Source: Azolla caroliniana
Taxonomy: Eukaryota; Plantae; Polypodiophyta
Assembly: GCA_043228905.1 (NCBI GenBank)
Contig: JBHGNT010000007.1
Coordinates: 3,720,001 to 3,784,000 of the forward strand
Length of the DNA stretch: 64,000 nucleotides
Direction: 5' to 3'
Shown: positions 61,580-64,000 of the stretch, one piece after another
How the letters are laid out: each line of letters begins with the position of its first letter
Position numbering within the stretch: position 1 is the stretch's first letter
Translations under genes and position numbers: made by a program
The notes under the pieces: model-generated
Databases searched by the model: none
What the model was told of the DNA's origin: nothing
The model's input: the letters and a program-made list of their open reading frames with translations, nothing else

Positions 61580-62460
61580 CCATAAATCAATGTTTACTAT
61601 TAAAACAAGATGATAATACAACCCTTGCTATCTTCACTACTTCATAAATAGTGATAGTGCAAGGGAAACCCTCTCAAGTGTTGTAAAACTAGATGACATA
61701 AGTCTATCTCCTCTTAGGACAATATCCCCATACAACATAGTTGTGAAAATTGCCAAATCAATTTCCCTTTCATCCTACGAAGTTGTTGTGTTATCCCATG
61801 AAGTCCATCAAACAAGAACTCATTTCTCATGGTCCAATTAAACCACATCCCCCAATATCTAAGGTAATTAAAAACCACCTTATACGATGGTGTGGGCATA
61901 ACTTTATCCTCATCCATAAAAACCCATTTATAAGGTGACAAAATCTTTCCTGTTATCAATGCCCAAATTTGTGACATAATCACCCAAATGGCCTTAGCAA
62001 CCGAACATGTAATGAACCTATGTCTGGCATCTTCTTCAACCACTGTACAGAAAAAACATATCCCATTCGAAATATGTCTTCGTTTTAAAGTCATCGCCAA
62101 AGGCAACCCACCAACTATGGCACACCAAAGAAACACCTTTGCACAAAATGGAAGATGAGACTGCCACCCTGTACTAAAACTCTACACTACCACTTTACAT
62201 TTCTAGTAATGCTCCATGTATCCAACACCTTATTTGCTAACAAAGCTCTATCTTCAACCAACTTATGGTACACATAATTAGTGTGCACCACATAAATCGC
62301 TTTCCCATTACCAAATGACCAATCTTTCCATGCTTCCTCGACCACCAACTCTAGAATTGGGGAAACTAATCTAGGCAATGCCAATATTGATTGCCAAATA
62401 TACCCATATCCACGTGGTATATGAAACTTATTTCTGATTGTTCGAATGACTATCATTTTC
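61580..62460 (-). mobile_element. L1-type LINE 3' end (zf-RVT region and 3' UTR)
   Basis: KVFLWCAIVGGLPL...CFFCTVVEEDARHRFITCSVAKAIW...WFNWTMRNEFLF. Confidence 0.8.
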
Positions 62461-62464
62461 CTAT

Positions 62465-63745
62465 AAGGTGCACTTGGCTGATGGAAGAGTACAATACATC
62501 AATGGGGCGATTTATTCATTAGGAATTTCTATTAATACTTATATAGAGGAAGTAGACTTCCATATAATGAATCTTTGTACCACTTATGTAATACTGGGTT
62601 ATCCCTGGTTTTACAATAAAAACTCTTCTTTATCTATTGATTGGGTTCACCATTCCATTACCTTTGTATTGGACGATTGTACTTATTTTATTCTCCATCA
62701 ATTGTTTCCTCTTCATCTTTCAATTGTTTCCTCTCCATCAATATCCGAGTTATCTTGTTCTTCTTTATTTTATTGTGTACTTGATCCGAACATTCACATT
62801 TATAATATCGATAGTGCCTCGGGTCATTTACCATATTTTGAACAACTCAATGAATCTTAAATTATTTTCGTGATGTTTTTCCAAGTGAACTACCACATGG
62901 GTTACCTCCTAAACGTAATATAGACCATCGTATAGATATTGTACTTGGCGTTGCACCAATAAGTATACCTCTGTATCGCTTAAGTCGATCTGAAGAGGAT
63001 GAGGTATCTAAGCAACTCACGAACTATTTACAAATGGGTTATATACGTTATAGTATATCTCCATGGGGTGCACCTATTCTCTTGGTAAAAAAGAAAGAGG
63101 GCACATGGCGTATGTGTATTAATTACCAACGCTTAAATAAAGTGACAATCAAGAATTAATATCCATTGCCCCAGGTTGACAATCTGATTAACTGTCTCCA
63201 AGGAGCTCGATATTTTACGAAACTTTATCTCTATATAGGCTACCATCAAATTCGTATAACTGAGGAAGATGTTCCTAAAACGGCATTTCGTGCATGCTAT
63301 GGCCATTATGAGTTTCTGGTCATGCCTTTCGTTTTGACCAATGCTCCGGCCACATTTCAACAAGAAATGAATTACATTTTCCGAGAACAATTTGGAAAAT
63401 TTGTCGTTATTTTCTTGGATGATATTCTAGTTTATAGTCGTACATTAGAAGAACATGCTAAACATGTCCGCTTCGTTTTACAAACATTGAGTGACAAGAA
63501 ATTCTATGCGAAGATCTCAAAATGCGAGTTCTTCAAGAAATCAATTACTTATCTTGGACATCTCATAACCAAACGAGTTGAAATTGATCCTTCTTGCATC
63601 GAGAAAGTCAAACTTTGGCCCACTCTTTGGAATATTTGAGAAGTTCGATCATTCCTTGGTTTTGTCAAGTTTTTGCGAAAATCTCTTCATAATTACTCCC
63701 AATTGACAACGTCATTTACTGATCTTCTCAAAGGTCAAACGCGTT
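62465..63745 (+). mobile_element. Decayed Ty3/Gypsy pol fragment (protease end and RT)
   Basis: [71 protein letters not shown]; stops and frameshifts; no LTR seen. Confidence 0.88.
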
Positions 63746-64000
63746 GTTGTGCCTTTCGGCATCAGATCGTTTGCGTGAGTCGGGCGGCAACCACTAGGGT
63801 TTTGGACTAAGAGGAGAATTTTTTTAGACAGATAGGAATGTTAATAGATTGTAAGAAAGAGATATAGAAACCTTGTGAATCCCATGAGTGTATTGTATTA
63901 GATTAATCGACCCTTATGAAAAAAATCAACAAAACATTACAATTTGCTCCCCCACCCTTATATATTGATGGGAAAGACTAAGTATATCTTACTACATGCA

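Overview
This window is eukaryotic nuclear DNA from a land plant. A fern or other non-seed plant is my inference, from the Tcn1-type chromovirus, the PLS-class PPR genes and the abundant (GA)n tracts. Most of it is nested transposable elements: Ty1/Copia (one intact with near-identical LTRs, five decayed or truncated), Ty3/Gypsy (a tRNA-Trp-primed element and a self-primed chromovirus with an internally inverted RT segment), L1-type LINE pieces, hAT derivatives and tRNA-derived short elements. The host scaffold is a duplicated block of [Gly-rich 8-Cys secreted protein - PLS/E PPR - Gly-rich 8-Cys protein] at ~14.8-28.0 kb and ~53.9-59.7 kb. Two Gly-rich genes are intact, while both PPR copies and the second block's Gly-rich genes are dead. 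The least expected signals are: (1) an intron-interrupted relic of a bacterial-type N4-C/N6-A DNA methyltransferase at ~60.5-61.0 kb, absent from the ORF track; (2) a very young chromovirus carrying its RT/RNaseH core in antisense; (3) a ~200-bp element with two convergent Pol III promoter units that always sits next to (GA)n/(CT)n tracts; (4) two -1 frameshift signals, one of them placed after the protease. All alignments and counts were made by eye and no database searches were run.
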